Shown: one piece after another, positions 13,946-26,700 of the stretch
Numbering within the stretch: the first letter of the stretch is position 1
Layout of the letters: each line of letters starts with the position of its first letter
Source of the DNA: Ophelia neglecta
Lineage: Eukaryota
Direction: 5' to 3'
NCBI GenBank assembly: GCA_965285935.1
Contig: OZ260663.1
Coordinates: forward strand, 50,840,001-50,904,000
Length of the DNA: 64,000 bases
Position numbers and translations under genes: made by a program
Notes under the pieces: model-generated
Database searches by the model: none
Seen by the model: the letters and a program-made list of their open reading frames with translations, nothing else
What the model was told of the DNA's origin: nothing

Positions 13946-15161
13946 ACCACTCCTGTATTTATATCTAAGAAATAGATATGTAGGCTTTTTTCTAATTGAG
14001 TCAGTGTAAGAGTATAAATCAGTTCAGGATGTAAACTTGTAAATGTAACGATACGCCTACAATACAATCTACTAGAACCTGAATCGTGCATCATCATGCG
14101 GTTAGCCTGGATCAAATGCTACACAAATTAAAGATTGCTCTATCTTATAAGACTCTAAATATACACGATATATAAGCTTATATGTAGATATTATTTAAAA
14201 CTGACCACTGGACAATAGGCCACATTTGGAGCTATTAAACCAGAGCCTATTCCATTGCTCAAATGAACCTTTTTACCACCTACATTTAATCTTTTGCTTT
14301 CTGCAGAGTTGGTATGTAAAACATGACAAATCTCAGTCATGTTTAATATTATACTGGAGGTTCTTGTCATGGATGCATATTTCTAACTAAAGGTGTCAGA
14401 CATGTCCATGAAGGATCAAGCAAATATTTACAAAGACTCTAGAGTATAATTATCTTGTCTGGTTTGTTAAAATTGTCAAGGGAAGAATTTGATAAATGTA
14501 CATTTAAATGTGGTTAATTTAGAAAATATTGTACAATAGAACCTTACAGAATTTATTGTGAAGGCTTATAGTATAACTTGTTCGACACACATGTGTCATT
14601 TTATGTTTTAATTAAGGGACTTTCACTCAGAAATCAGAAAAGTTTGCCTCCTTGTATGTACAGGGTATGTACTTTAATTATTCAGATTCCTCAGATGGGT
14701 ATATGTAAGGTAAAAACATGGCTATGTAAAAATACTTAATTATCCATTATATTTTTAACTACTTTGGTTGAATATCAATGTTTAGCATGTTACATGTTCA
14801 TCCGAATAGGTATGGTATTGACATTCATCAAAGCAATGCAAACCTCAAACCATAAACTTTAATCAAAAGCTGGACAGAAGAACTGACACATGGATACACG
14901 GATGGACAGACCACCACTATATCCCCATGGGAATTCTCTGGGGCCCGCGGGGAGAAAAATGGCAACTGTTTTTTTTTAGACAAATAGCAAATTATCCAAG
15001 CTGTTATTTATATTGAGCCAAATTCATTTCTCTTTGCACATGGCTGAAAGACCTATATAACAGGAACCCAGTCTTATAATAGTAAATAACTGCTCTCTTG
15101 CATAAGGTTTTACACCCAATGGCTGTAGGCCAGAAACCATGCAGTGACCAGGACAAGAGTT

Positions 15162-15331
15162 CAGTGGCGGATAGTTGAAGAATTGTTACCCCCCCCCCCC
15201 CCATCTCCGGGCATCTATTATCAAACTGTAGGAACCAGCGAGAGGGGTGGGGGAGGGGGGGGGGGCAAAAGAGGACCAAAACTGGGCACACCACAGAGGG
15301 CCAAGACCCCCGCCCCCAGGTAGCGCCACTG
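15162..15331. mobile_element. Short element with cagtggcg...cgccactg termini and internal poly-C/G (MITE-like)
   Basis: 8-bp terminal inverted repeats; no target-site duplication visible. Confidence 0.4.
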
Positions 15332-15466
15332 CAGTCGTGTTATGTCAGATCCGAGCTCTGATTTAATAAATCCAAGCATTGCGCCAGTAGCCTACATGAT
15401 TCCCTGATGCAAGGAAATAATAATTATCACAAAGTATGTAATTAAATTTAAAAAAGGGGTACTTAC

Positions 15467-16529
15467 ACAAGGGTATTTCATACATGTTGACGGGTCCGCC
15501 ACGATATATGGAGAAAATTTATTTAAAATCTTCAGCTGACGACACACACTGCATACTCCCCACATGTTTTAAGGTGTTGTGAAAACAGCGGGCCTTGACC
15601 TCTGCAATTCCGATCCGACACAGCCGTCTGCACCGAAACTCGGTAAACATGGAATGTCACGGGAAAACGCATTAATGTAAATATAACACATTTTCGGTCA
15701 AGTTGTCAATGCAATGTTTAATCGAACTTACTCAGGGTCCATACTGCAAAAAAATATCACGACTGGTATTAATATCAAGATGATGAACGTTATCACTTTT
15801 TGATTAAAAACAACATTTTTATGCGAAATCATATGTTGCAGCAAAGACAACAAAGATTATCATGCAACAAGGTTATTAATATAATTAAGGCCTAGATCTA
15901 CCACCAAATGGACATCTAGGATTGAAAAACCACTTTTTGAACGAAGGAACGGTTTGCCTCCGGGGGGTTTCAATGTGATTTAATTGTATATTCAGATGTC
16001 TACCTGTTCTAGTCCAACTGTATAGACATGGTATAAAAAATATTTTTCTGCATGGTACATATTTAAGTCAATTTATTTGTGGCCGATTAGGGATATGGTA
16101 AAATCCGTATGTCCAGGTCCATCATGTAGGCCTATCCAGACGGCATGTAAAATTTATGTTTTAAACACATATTTTAGCTTACAAGTGTTAGGCTGCAAAG
16201 TTCTGCCTTACATATGTACACGTCCTATTCACGTGTGCTACGCGGGGGCGGGGGGGGGGGGAGTCTGTCTTAATATGAACTGCGATACGTGTTATTATTT
16301 GTAGATTTTTTTTTTCATTTTTGGGGTTAACGACACCTAGGCACCATGTTATTTGTAGACCATTCCCGCCAATTCCCATTTTCCGTATTTCGGCACACAC
16401 CTACCACTACTACCACAATACGTAATTTCCGGGATTTGAGGAAGTGACATTTTCTGATTTTAAGAGGGCAAGAAAGATTGTCATTATTATTTACAAACTC
16501 TCGTTTAATTCACTTGTCACCACTTAGAT
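15467..16529. promoter_or_regulatory. ADCK5 5' UTR exon and divergent (bidirectional) promoter region between ADCK5 and TSG101
   Basis: Minus-strand donor gtaagt at 15466-15461; CpG-richer patches near 15490-15660 and 16230-16450; ETS-like GGAAGTG at ~16440; head-to-head gene orientation. Confidence 0.5.
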
Positions 16530-17750
16530 ATGAGCCACGAAGCATATTTACGAAGCGCTCTCGCAAAGTACCAATATCCGGATATCGCAAAGAGGGGTAT
16601 ATTAAATGCGTTCCAATCATATTCAGATCTGCGCCCAAATTTGGACAAATTTACATTCAATGATGGTTCACAAAAGGAACTTTTATGCCTTAAGGGTACT
16701 GTTCCCGTGTCTTATAAAGGAAGCACTTACAACATTCCAGTTTGCATATGGTTGACAGATACATACCCCTATAACCCACCCATGGCATTTGTTGAACCCA
16801 CTAGCACAATGCAGATTAAGCCAGGGCGACATGTAGATGCCAACGGGAGAGTTTATCTTCCCTATTTACATGAATGGAAGCACCCTCAATCGGATCTTCT
16901 TGGCCTGATTCAGATTATGACCATAGTATTTGGAGAAGAACCCCCGGTTTATGCCAAGTCTGCAGCACGACCAAGCCAGCCGCCTTACCCAAACCCTGCA
17001 GGCCGCCTGCCATATCCCACACAGGGCGGAGGAATGCCGACACCAGGTTATCCTCCTCAAAATTCAGCTGGCTACCAGCCTCCAAATGCAGGCTATGCTC
17101 CAGGAAACACTGGGTATTATCCACAACAAACTGCATACTCTACACCCGGATACCCCCCTACCAGCTACCCTAGTTATGCTGCCCAGCAGACTCATGCAGC
17201 CCCTTATCCGGCAACCTCTGCATCCAACACAAACACTCTATCAGATGAGCACATCAAGGCATCGCTACTGTCAGCTGTGGAAGACAAAATGAAGAGGCGA
17301 CTGAGAGAAATATTTGCCCAGGCACAGGCAGAAATGGATGCCCTCAAAAAAACACAAGATGACCTTACCAAAGGAAAACAAACACTGGAAGAAATGTTGC
17401 AAAAACTCGAGAGGGAGCAAAATGAAGTAGAGAAGAACATGACATTGCTGAGGGAAAAAGATGAAGAAATAAAGGAAGTGTTACAGAAAATGGAGAATAA
17501 AGAAGAAGTGAATATAGATGAAGCAGTAGTCCCATCCACTCCTCTGTATAAGCAACTCTTGAATGCATTTTCCGAAGAACAAGCTACAGAAGATACCTTG
17601 TACTATCTTCAAGAAGGTTTGAGGAGAGGTGTTATAGATTTAGATGTAAGTTTGAAACAAGTTCGAGAACTTTCTAGGAGGCAATTCATGCTGCGTGCTT
17701 TAATCCACAAGTGTCGACAGAAAGCTGGACTCCCAGATTTGAGCGGATAA
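16530..17750 (+). CDS. TSG101: Tumor susceptibility gene 101 (ESCRT-I subunit, Vps23), single coding exon
   Basis: Uninterrupted 406-aa ORF: UEV domain (GTVPVSYKGSTYNIPVCIWLTDTYPYNPP, HVDANGRVYLPYLHEWKHPQSDL), Pro/Tyr-rich region, coiled coil (SLLSAVEDKMKRRL), steadiness box (VRELSRRQFMLRALIHKCRQKAGL). Confidence 0.97.
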   Translation: MSHEAYLRSALAKYQYPDIAKRGILNAFQSYSDLRPNLDKFTFNDGSQKELLCLKGTVPVSYKGSTYNIPVCIWLTDTYPYNPPMAFVEPTSTMQIKPGRHVDANGRVYLPYLHEWKHPQSDLLGLIQIMTIVFGEEPPVYAKSAARPSQPPYPNPAGRLPYPTQGGGMPTPGYPPQNSAGYQPPNAGYAPGNTGYYPQQTAYSTPGYPPTSYPSYAAQQTHAAPYPATSASNTNTLSDEHIKASLLSAVEDKMKRRLREIFAQAQAEMDALKKTQDDLTKGKQTLEEMLQKLEREQNEVEKNMTLLREKDEEIKEVLQKMENKEEVNIDEAVVPSTPLYKQLLNAFSEEQATEDTLYYLQEGLRRGVIDLDVSLKQVRELSRRQFMLRALIHKCRQKAGLPDLSG

Positions 17751-18792
17751 TAAACTTCTTAATACCACTTGACAAAAACAAACAAATCTGAATGTAACAA
17801 CAGTTGTTATCCTAGTCTGTAAACCAAGGGATTTTTTTTCATTGAATGGCATTAATATGTGTTAACATTACATATTGACCAGGCTTATTTGTTAATGATC
17901 AGATTAAGTCCTCAGTCAACTACAATATACCAATGTGCTTAAGAAATTAGATATGGGCCTCTGCTGGTACTCAAAGCTATCCATTGGATTTCTATTTATA
18001 AGCATTTCACTTGACCCTATTTTTCAACAAATTGAAATATTCAAAAAATAGCTTTTAGAACTCTTAATGAAGCCTGTACATATTAATCTTGAAATGTGGG
18101 TGCTTAAAATTTTAAAATCCGTAGATTGATATTAATGTCAAGACTAATATTGATCAAGACTGAATTTGCCAAACAAATCCCAATGTAAATATATTTATTA
18201 TCTGTTGTGAACAGATGCATGAAAAACATACATGATTGTACATAATTATTTACTCTGTGTTTTGCTTTTCGTCACAAATTGCAAGTATGCCTCCATGCAT
18301 AATTGGGAAGTTTTTTTTTCAGAGTGGAAGCATAGCCTAATCATTAAAATTAGTTAATTACAACATTTCAGATATATAAGGGACATTCATGTAAGTCAAG
18401 TACATATGTAACCTTTCCGATCCTGTTTATATTCCATGCTTAGTAATTCAATCATGTATTAGTGAGAAAGAAAAGTTTTAACACACTTGTTTTGTAAAGT
18501 TGTTTATTCAATTTCTTGCTTCCTTTCATCATTAGCACATAATTTCTGAGATTTCTTTCGCTGCTTGTTAAATGATACCATCCATGATTCCATACATAGA
18601 ATAGTAGAAAAATACCCTCTGACTATATTTTTCCCTTACTTATTGCAGTCATTATTATCACAAAAGTAATATATCAAATATTAACATGTATGTAAATAGC
18701 TGTAAAATGTGATGGATGTTCCTAATAAATATATGTTGTTTAATCAACCTGATCACGTTTTATAAACTGCCTTTTAGCAATGATGTAAATGT

Positions 18793-21700
18793 CTATTTTT
18801 CATTCAAAAATGTTTTGTATAATTGTTCATGCTCTTTGTTGGTGAATTTTGGAACAAACTTAATTTTAACAATTTCTTTGAAGCCTTCCTCAAGAGATGG
18901 TTCTTGATATTTTGACCTGAAATAAAAATTGTAAATGTTAATTATAACAGTGCTATACAGGACAGGACAGACCTACATTGGGTGATTAATATCCTTAAAC
19001 ATACTAGTAGGTACTGTGACTCATGACCGTTGAAGTAGGTAAAAAATACATGCAAGTCCACATCCTTCCATTTGAGTCATCCTGTGGTGAAAGTGACCAC
19101 TGTAAGATAACTATACGGAGTGAATAGCTGCATGCAGTGAAAAGGGATTGGTATTGTTTCATAATATGTATATACATGTATGTAGAGGGCAGATTTGCTA
19201 CTGGGATATTTTGGTGGTTGGGTTCAGCAGAAGATAACTTCAATGCTGATGCACATAAGAGCTTGCTTTCAGTGATATTGTAAAGAATAAACTTACAGTT
19301 CTAAACATATGGAATGAAGTGAAATAATATACAAGACGGCGGCTTGAACCAAAACACAAATAGTGCAATTTTTTATGGTCCAGCCTGTATTTTACCAAAT
19401 CCGAGCATTTCCGAATTTTGGCAATAATGATGTAACAACATTACAAGTAGGAGGCATTAAAACCTGCAGATTCTGCTTTAAGTTTGTTTCGTACTGGACA
19501 GAGAATAAAGAAAGACCTACCTGTAACTATTCATGACCATATCATTTATTGGTTTATGCTTTTTGTCAGTCATTTCTCGAAACTGAAAAAGAATAATCTT
19601 TTTTACTATAATCACACTGTAGTTTTATATCTATCAGCTATATACTGCACATACATGCCTGAATGTTACATGTTTGTATTTCATATCCCAATCAGGTTTA
19701 AATACATCTATCTACATGTAAATGAAATGAACCAAATTATTCTATAATCCTGGTACTGTATGTCTATATGACTTACCCGTTCATTGTGTTTGGCCTGCTC
19801 TGCAGATGAAACAAAAACAAATGATCTGCACTGGACACTATTCTTCTTTGCCACATCTATATACCTGTTAATATAAATATCGTAAATGAGCTATAATATA
19901 TCCCACAAACTTTAGATCTACTGGGCTATAAATTACACCTCCCACCAGGTTATCTGACCAGCTGGTCTAACCTGGTAAATCCAGCATTATGGGGTGGGGG
20001 TGGGATTGGGGGATTACCCCCCCCCCCCCCCCCAACCTGTTTACCAGTTTGTAAAAATAGGCACATCCCGAATCATTGAAATCATTTAAAATATGGTTTA
20101 ACATGTTATAAGGATTAATCTTTTTCCAAGATCCTTATAAATTGAAATAGTAAATCCCCAGTCTCTGGAGGGTGTAGGGTGTTTTAATGTTATTATCAAT
20201 GTTTTACTTCTTTATGTGTAGGCAGGGATATGTAACATATGAGGGGGTCTTGTTCCTGCCTTGGACTATTAAGTGGTTAGTTTCGCTGCCTATTGGGCAG
20301 GAGACTGGGGTTCAATTCTCCTTTGGGGAAAACTAATTGGTGGGAGATTTACCTGCCTTCACATACATGACATTTATCACAGGCATTTCTTCTGCTTCTC
20401 ATTAAAAGACAAGCATGACCATAACCAGTTATATTTGAGCCGAGTGTTTACCTCTTCCTTGATTCTTGGTCAGGGTTGGTGTTATCCACGACCACAGACT
20501 GGCCCTTGGCCAAAGCAGCCCGAGTAGCATCAACACATTTTTGCCAGGTGCCCACCGTGTCCTGAATTGACATAAAATCACTTCAACTATTAATAAGATA
20601 AGTGTTATACTTATTCACAAACCTAAAAAGTTGCTCATTATTCAGATTTAAATAAAACGATTATATAAATAACTAATTAGTAAACCTTACCCTATTCACA
20701 ACTGCATAACCTTTAGGAACCATATATTCACGTGCAACAAAACTCTTTCCAACTGAAAAGTGATAATAGTAAGTTGCCTCAATTCTTTCAATTCATGTGG
20801 ACAAATGATGTTCAAATATGTATGTGATAATCCATTATTTTACTTTGGCAGGAGTGGGAGGGAGGGGGGGGGGGATAAGGGATCCAGAATAATCACTGTG
20901 GTGGGTTAGATACAATTATTGGCAGGCACAGGGGGCAAGCACTTAAGGTTGACTAGGGGGCAGGGGGATTGGCCTGCAGTGTAACATATTTAGCTACATA
21001 AGGAATATTCTGGCAGTTGCCATGGTAACTGTAATTGACTTTTGTCGACATCAGAAAAGGGTGGGGGGGGGGGGGGGCAACAACAAAGTGGTTTCCAATA
21101 AATTAGCAATGTTCTAGCATTGTGGCAGAGATAACTTATTGATAGCAGATATACCAGTTTAAAAAGTATGTTCTTTAAACGCTCACCTGCAGGTGAGCCT
21201 GTAAATATGATAACCTCCTGGGTGTCGGAGGTCACCTTGGCAGTGGCAGGTTCACACAAAGGGGCCAATGGGTCCAATTTTCTCTGCAAAGACAGCACCA
21301 CACATAAGAACATGGGACACTTTTGATTATAATTTTAATATCTGTGATGTCTTCCCCTTCACTGTGAAAGCCATTGTAATGGCTATACATAGGCCATTTG
21401 TGTCTTTTACAGCTGGGGATTGATGTTTGTGGGCCTGCAACTGTTGGTTCCTGGTGATTTCATTCAAACAACTATACTTGACTGATGATTTTGCTCTGTC
21501 TGTTTGGTGTCCACTCCTTTTTTAAAAACATCTTTAACTTGAAATCTATAAGTCCTTAAACTACTTCAAAGTGCATACTAATTGTTAACACCCGAATCCA
21601 AATTTGAGTGACAAAGTCTAGGATATTCAGGATTGCTAAATTAAAGGTTTTACAATATATAACAAGTTGTTGCTTATATTCTTATTTTAATAGCTCCATA

Positions 21701-24700
21701 GGTATTGCCTGATTTACTTACTGGGTCAAATTGGGGCATATTGAAAGGTGCTGTTTTCTGATTTAAGAAGAATTCCTCCGGAGTTTGAAATTTCACACCA
21801 ATGTTCATAGCAAACTGTAAGGAAAATGATAATTTCAGGTGCATTAATTTTACTTGTTGAGTAAAAGAAAATTTCTATCCATTTCTTATCAAAATAAAAG
21901 TCTGATTTGCCTTAGACATTGGATCAAGAAAATCAGCTAACAAACTCATGTTTAATTTTAAGAAACCTACAATTTTATGAAAAAAATGCAATTAATGAAA
22001 TGATATTTAATTGGTATAAAACAAAATTTAGGTGTGTCAAAATTTACCAAACGATCACTGCAGGAGAAATCTTTCTTTTTGCCTGGCGCCCAATCCTTAG
22101 GTCTGCCTGCAGCATCTGAAGATTACCCCATGTGATAAGATATACAACACGGGCAACAGCATCAAATATCATGTACCTCTTTTTGTTTATGATGTATAGC
22201 AAAAACCGATGTGAGGAACCTTTATGCGCTCCCTCCCCCAACAAATCCTGATTTAATTTTTCCTTCCTCCCAAACCAATTTATAATAGTATGTCCTTACT
22301 TGTTTAACTAAGGGGGAAGAGGAAAGGGTAAAATATATTGATGAGAGGGAGGGTGCCTTGCAGTTTATGTTTCATCTCTTGCAATCATTTACTTTTTGAT
22401 GGGTGATAGAGAATTCCTCCAAGCTCTTTAAAAAGGAAATAAGCCCTTGAAATTAAACCATTCAACAAACTTCAACAGTCACATCTATAATCTTTGTATG
22501 GGATGATACAATATACTGTTACACTAACATTCTGTATTTATCATCATGCACTAAACCACTATATATTCATACACCCTTGGTGTACTATGGCAGTAAACTA
22601 ATCTCTGGAGAGTGTATTTTCTATTATAAACACCTACCCCCTATATAGAGACTTTCTTTCAGGTTAATGTTAAGGCCGTCGTTACCCTCCTGACAAAGGT
22701 ATTTCCACATTCCCATTCCTGGTTTTCTATATGGCCCAGCACCCGTGGATACAAACACTTGTACAGGTATATTTAATTTCTGTACTATTCTCTCCACTTT
22801 GGTTTTAAAGTCATCAACTTTCAGTTTACCTCGTTGAATGCCCATCTGGAATATATAGTGGTAAAACAAAACATGATGCTTGATTATTAAACCTGGAATC
22901 ATAGGGTCAAATTCAATTTATATATGTACATATTGAAACTAACTAAAACTTTACAAGATTGATCAAAGTTGTGCATATATTTTATACAGAATATGATAGC
23001 GATTTCAAAAATGCAACGCATCGCCACACCCTTGACATTTGTCACCCAAATCTTTACATCAATATCCGTCATGTATGTTGCATGATGCACATCCAACTCA
23101 AATATCAACACAAAACAGCAATTAAAAGATTTGCAGTACACTTTTACACATTTCAGATACATTTACAAATACAAATTAAAGTGTATTTGGAATAAATGGT
23201 CTAAATAAGTAAACTAAAGAAAATGTTTCACACCTGATTGGTAAAGAACACTATTTTATATCCTTCACTATTCAGTTTTTTCAATTTGCCTGGAATTTCT
23301 GGGTATAAGATTCTGAAAAGCAAATTGTTATTTCTTGTAATATGGTCCAACGGTGTTTTTTTCAACTGACTTTGGCAAGGGAAGGAAGTGAGAAATGCAC
23401 AGACCAATACATATACCAGCCAGTACTGTACTTGTATACACTGTTATACACATGTAAATGGCAGAGGTTTTTCAAGTCTAGATTTAGTATAGTTGTACAA
23501 CTGTTATACCTCCAGTCTCCTGTGTGTGTAGGAAATACTTTTCCAGATTGTGTACATATTATGTTTCCATCTATATCAAAACCCGCTATCTGCAATATAA
23601 ACAATTTTTTTGGTATTAGAAGGATAATTATCATAATTGTATATACTGTATATCATATAAAAGCCGATCAAATAGTATAAATGATTTCAAGTTCTATGAT
23701 TAACAGTCTCTCAGACCATGCCTCACCTTTTCACTGGCCTGAACTCCTTTGAATGTACAAGTGAGTAATGTTTCTGTAAGTTCCCACTTGGTTTCAGTGG
23801 CTGGGCTACCTCTATCTCCAGAAAGAACCTTGCTAGCACTCTCCATGCCACTTGCCCTAGTGTCAGAAGGTGGAATGGCATCTGCTTTGACTTTCTTTAG
23901 GTCTTCTTTCATTCTTTTTAATTTTTCTCTTATTTTTCGCTGCTGTTCGTCCTCTTCAGAGTCCAAACTATCTCCTTCATTTGCTTCACGATCTTCAAGT
24001 GCTTCCATCTTCGCTTTTTTGCTTTCCTTGCCATGTTTGTCACCATTGTGAGGCCTTTTTCCTGATGAATTTGTGAAGAAACTAGTAATGGATTTGCGTT
24101 GTTCAGGTTTTTTACTATGTGATGTTTTAGTCTTTGAGCTATTCAAGGTATCTACTATTCCTTGTCTTGTACCAATTTCCTTTTTATCAATTAATTCCTG
24201 CTGAGATTGGATAAAGGACACCTTATATGGATACTTTCTTCCATCTAATAAGTACAAGACAACATATGAATCAATTGTGACTGTAGACCCTTTATCCAGA
24301 GAATCCTCTCTTTCAGACAGAAACACTTTGTTCCCTAGAACCTCCACTTTTACACACTCATTTTTGCAGTCAGCTGTGAGTCTCACTGAAATAATATATG
24401 AATGGAAAATATGAAATTATTCCAAATAAATTGAATACAAGCAATGCACCATTGTTAGAAATGGTTGTTGGCTAATGCTGATCACCATTATGCATGTTAT
24501 CCATTGAATGTTCTTTGTATGTAATAGTTATTCCAGGGCATTTCTACTGATCATATCAACTAAAAAGAAATCAACGTGGAATAATAGCTTATTGACAATT
24601 CACATCAATTCCTTATATAAAAGTAAATTGAAAAATATGGTTTCACTCTGCATTGCGATATTTATCAATTTAGAGGATATTTGGCATAATAAAAAATAAC

Positions 24701-25094
24701 TTTTAACTGGTAATTATAAGTGTTCTACAGCAAGTTAAAATAAAGACCAGTGGTCAAAATAGATGCTGGCCTGCTGGTTCGTAGATTAACCATGAGATTT
24801 GCTTGTGAGATTTCCATCCCCATCATGCATAATCTGCACCAACAAGTGAGATAAACCCACACTTAAGTCTTACACTTCACAAAGAAGAAGAGAAAAAGAA
24901 GGGGACTATTTCATTTATTTTTTATTAAAATGCACTACCTAATCAAGTTTCCACTCACCATGCTGCCTTGAGACTTGTTTGTCATTAATGAGGGTCTCTC
25001 TACTGCGACCTATTTCTTTCGGTTGTGAATGCTGTAACTCTATTGGTTCATGAGTATTATCCAAACTTTTAAAATAGCATCTGGGGAGAGACAT
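18793..25094 (-). CDS. PNKP: Bifunctional polynucleotide kinase 3'-phosphatase, 13 coding exons
   Basis: Exons 24959-25094 (ATG), 23727-24385, 23510-23589, 23234-23312, 22638-22845, 22048-22115, 21722-21814, 21187-21283, 20691-20752, 20452-20561, 19777-19864, 19521-19582, 18793-18916 (TAG). FHA domain (IGRS..VSRQH); HAD phosphatase ([33 protein letters not shown]); kinase P-loop GSPAVGKS, VNRD, VDNTNPD. Confidence 0.93.
20260..20425 (+). mobile_element. Degenerate tRNA-derived SINE-like sequence in a PNKP intron
   Basis: A-box-like aagtggttag (~20271) and B-box-like ggttcaattctc (~20309) at tRNA-like spacing; no intact cloverleaf. Confidence 0.35.
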
Positions 25095-26360
25095 CTGAAA
25101 GTGAAAATTTTGGAGCAACATGTATTTATAAAACAAGGTTATTTAAGCAGATAGTCCATACTAAGTGAAAGGGAATTATTGTTCCAAGAGGGGGTGGGTC
25201 GGGGGGGAGGGGGGGGGGGTTAGGGTTGAAGTTTGCCCCCAATCCCGTCCTCATATGACTGTTTGACAATGTGTTAATGGCTTAATGCAAACCGTAGGAT
25301 GAACTATTGCACACATTCGGAGTCGGGTGTGTGGGTGTCATTGTGTGCGTGTGTGTTGGGGATGGGGTGGGGTGGGGGGTGTCAAGGAAAACATGCCCCT
25401 TCGCCTGTTTGGGGGGGGGGGGGGTGTAATGCAAAGGCAAAGGCCCTTCATATTAATACACTAAATTACCAGTTGGCTAACCACCTTCCCGATATGTGAC
25501 AATTAATAGACTCACATTTATATGAACGATCATACATATATACCTGAGCGATAATTTGAGATTTTGCAGTAATTTTGCAGCTTTTTTAAACTTTACATTC
25601 AAAACAACACAAAGCGTGCGATTTACAAATACAAACCATGTATGCATAAGAACGATTGGTCCTTTTTACCGAGAAACAAAAAGATGGACACCTTGCTCTT
25701 ATGAAGATTTCTGCTAAATTATTATATCGAATAACCATGTGTTTACACTATAGATCTACATATCACACTATCTAGGTCTAAATGCAAATGCATTACATAA
25801 GTAGTAAAATACACAAAAATGATCTTCTATAGTTTGCGACACCTGGCGACGCACTGCAACCCCAAATTGTGTCATGATAAGGTCACAGGAAGTACTAACA
25901 CGGCCTAGAAAAAATCTAGTGCTGACGGTAACACCGGACTGTTCTAAAATGTTCCAACTATATAAGTTCCTAGATAATGGAAGCAAACAAACACAATGAA
26001 AAAGCTCCTCTGATTGAATCAGAAGCAAAATCCAAAGAGGTAAGATTGATTTGGAAGTCCGTTTGTATCAATAATTTCGTAATGCCCCTTTAAACCTGTT
26101 TGACGGCGCTGTTTGACAGGTTGTACGATGGATTATGATGTTACACACGTACGGGGTAAGGTGAGTACATATGGACCAGACCTGACCATAGCATATCAGC
26201 GTTTTTGGCCCAATGTTATTTTGCCTAACATTCAACCTAACCGAAGCATATTTGGCAAGTTTTTTGGATGTGAAATAATCTAGGACCAATTCGCGGCTGG
26301 TTTGTTACTACTTCATCTTCCTTCTGCTAAAACACTGCAGCGGTGTATCCAAAGTAAGCC
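25095..26360. promoter_or_regulatory. Divergent promoter region between PNKP and ATP2C1, with probable 5' UTR exons
   Basis: Minus-strand donor at ~25543 (CAG|gtatat); plus-strand donor AAA|gtaagc at ~26354; ATTGG at ~25655; ggaagt motifs; head-to-head orientation. Confidence 0.45.
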
Positions 26361-26446
26361 ACAGACTGAATCGCCTGAACCGACAGGATAATTACTTAAG
26401 CCGAGCCGAATTAGCAAGATTTTAGGGCGGAATGCATCAGGATTAG

Positions 26447-26700
26447 TGCTGGGTGTACCAATTAGTTCCAAATAAATGAAGCTTACCTGGTCTCTTGTTC
26501 TTCCTGTGTAAACTTTTATCTAATCCCGGCCATGACACCTGCACATCACACGCCCCCTTGCAGTCTTAGGTCCCGGTCACCGGCAGAGGGCGTGTGATGT
26601 GTAGATGTCATGGCGGCAATCAGATGTAAACACAGGAAGAACGGGACAACAGGTTAACTTCGTTTTTTGGTACTAAAATGATATCAGGCGCACCCAGCGC
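26447..26700. repeat. Long imperfect inverted repeat (foldback/MITE-like)
   Basis: gccatgacacctgcacatcacacgccc pairs with gggcgtgtgatgtgtagatgtcatggc; ttcttcctgtgt pairs with acacaggaagaa; outer gctgggtg pairs with cacccagc. Confidence 0.8.

Noticed and set aside
16866-17568. Overlapping alternative-frame and antisense ORFs inside TSG101 (also inside PNKP, ATP2C1 and TNFR exons)
   Set aside because: Shadow ORFs of real coding sequence with no independent motifs.
20260-20335. Functional tRNA gene
   Set aside because: A/B-box-like motifs are present but I could not build an acceptor stem or cloverleaf; treated as a SINE remnant.
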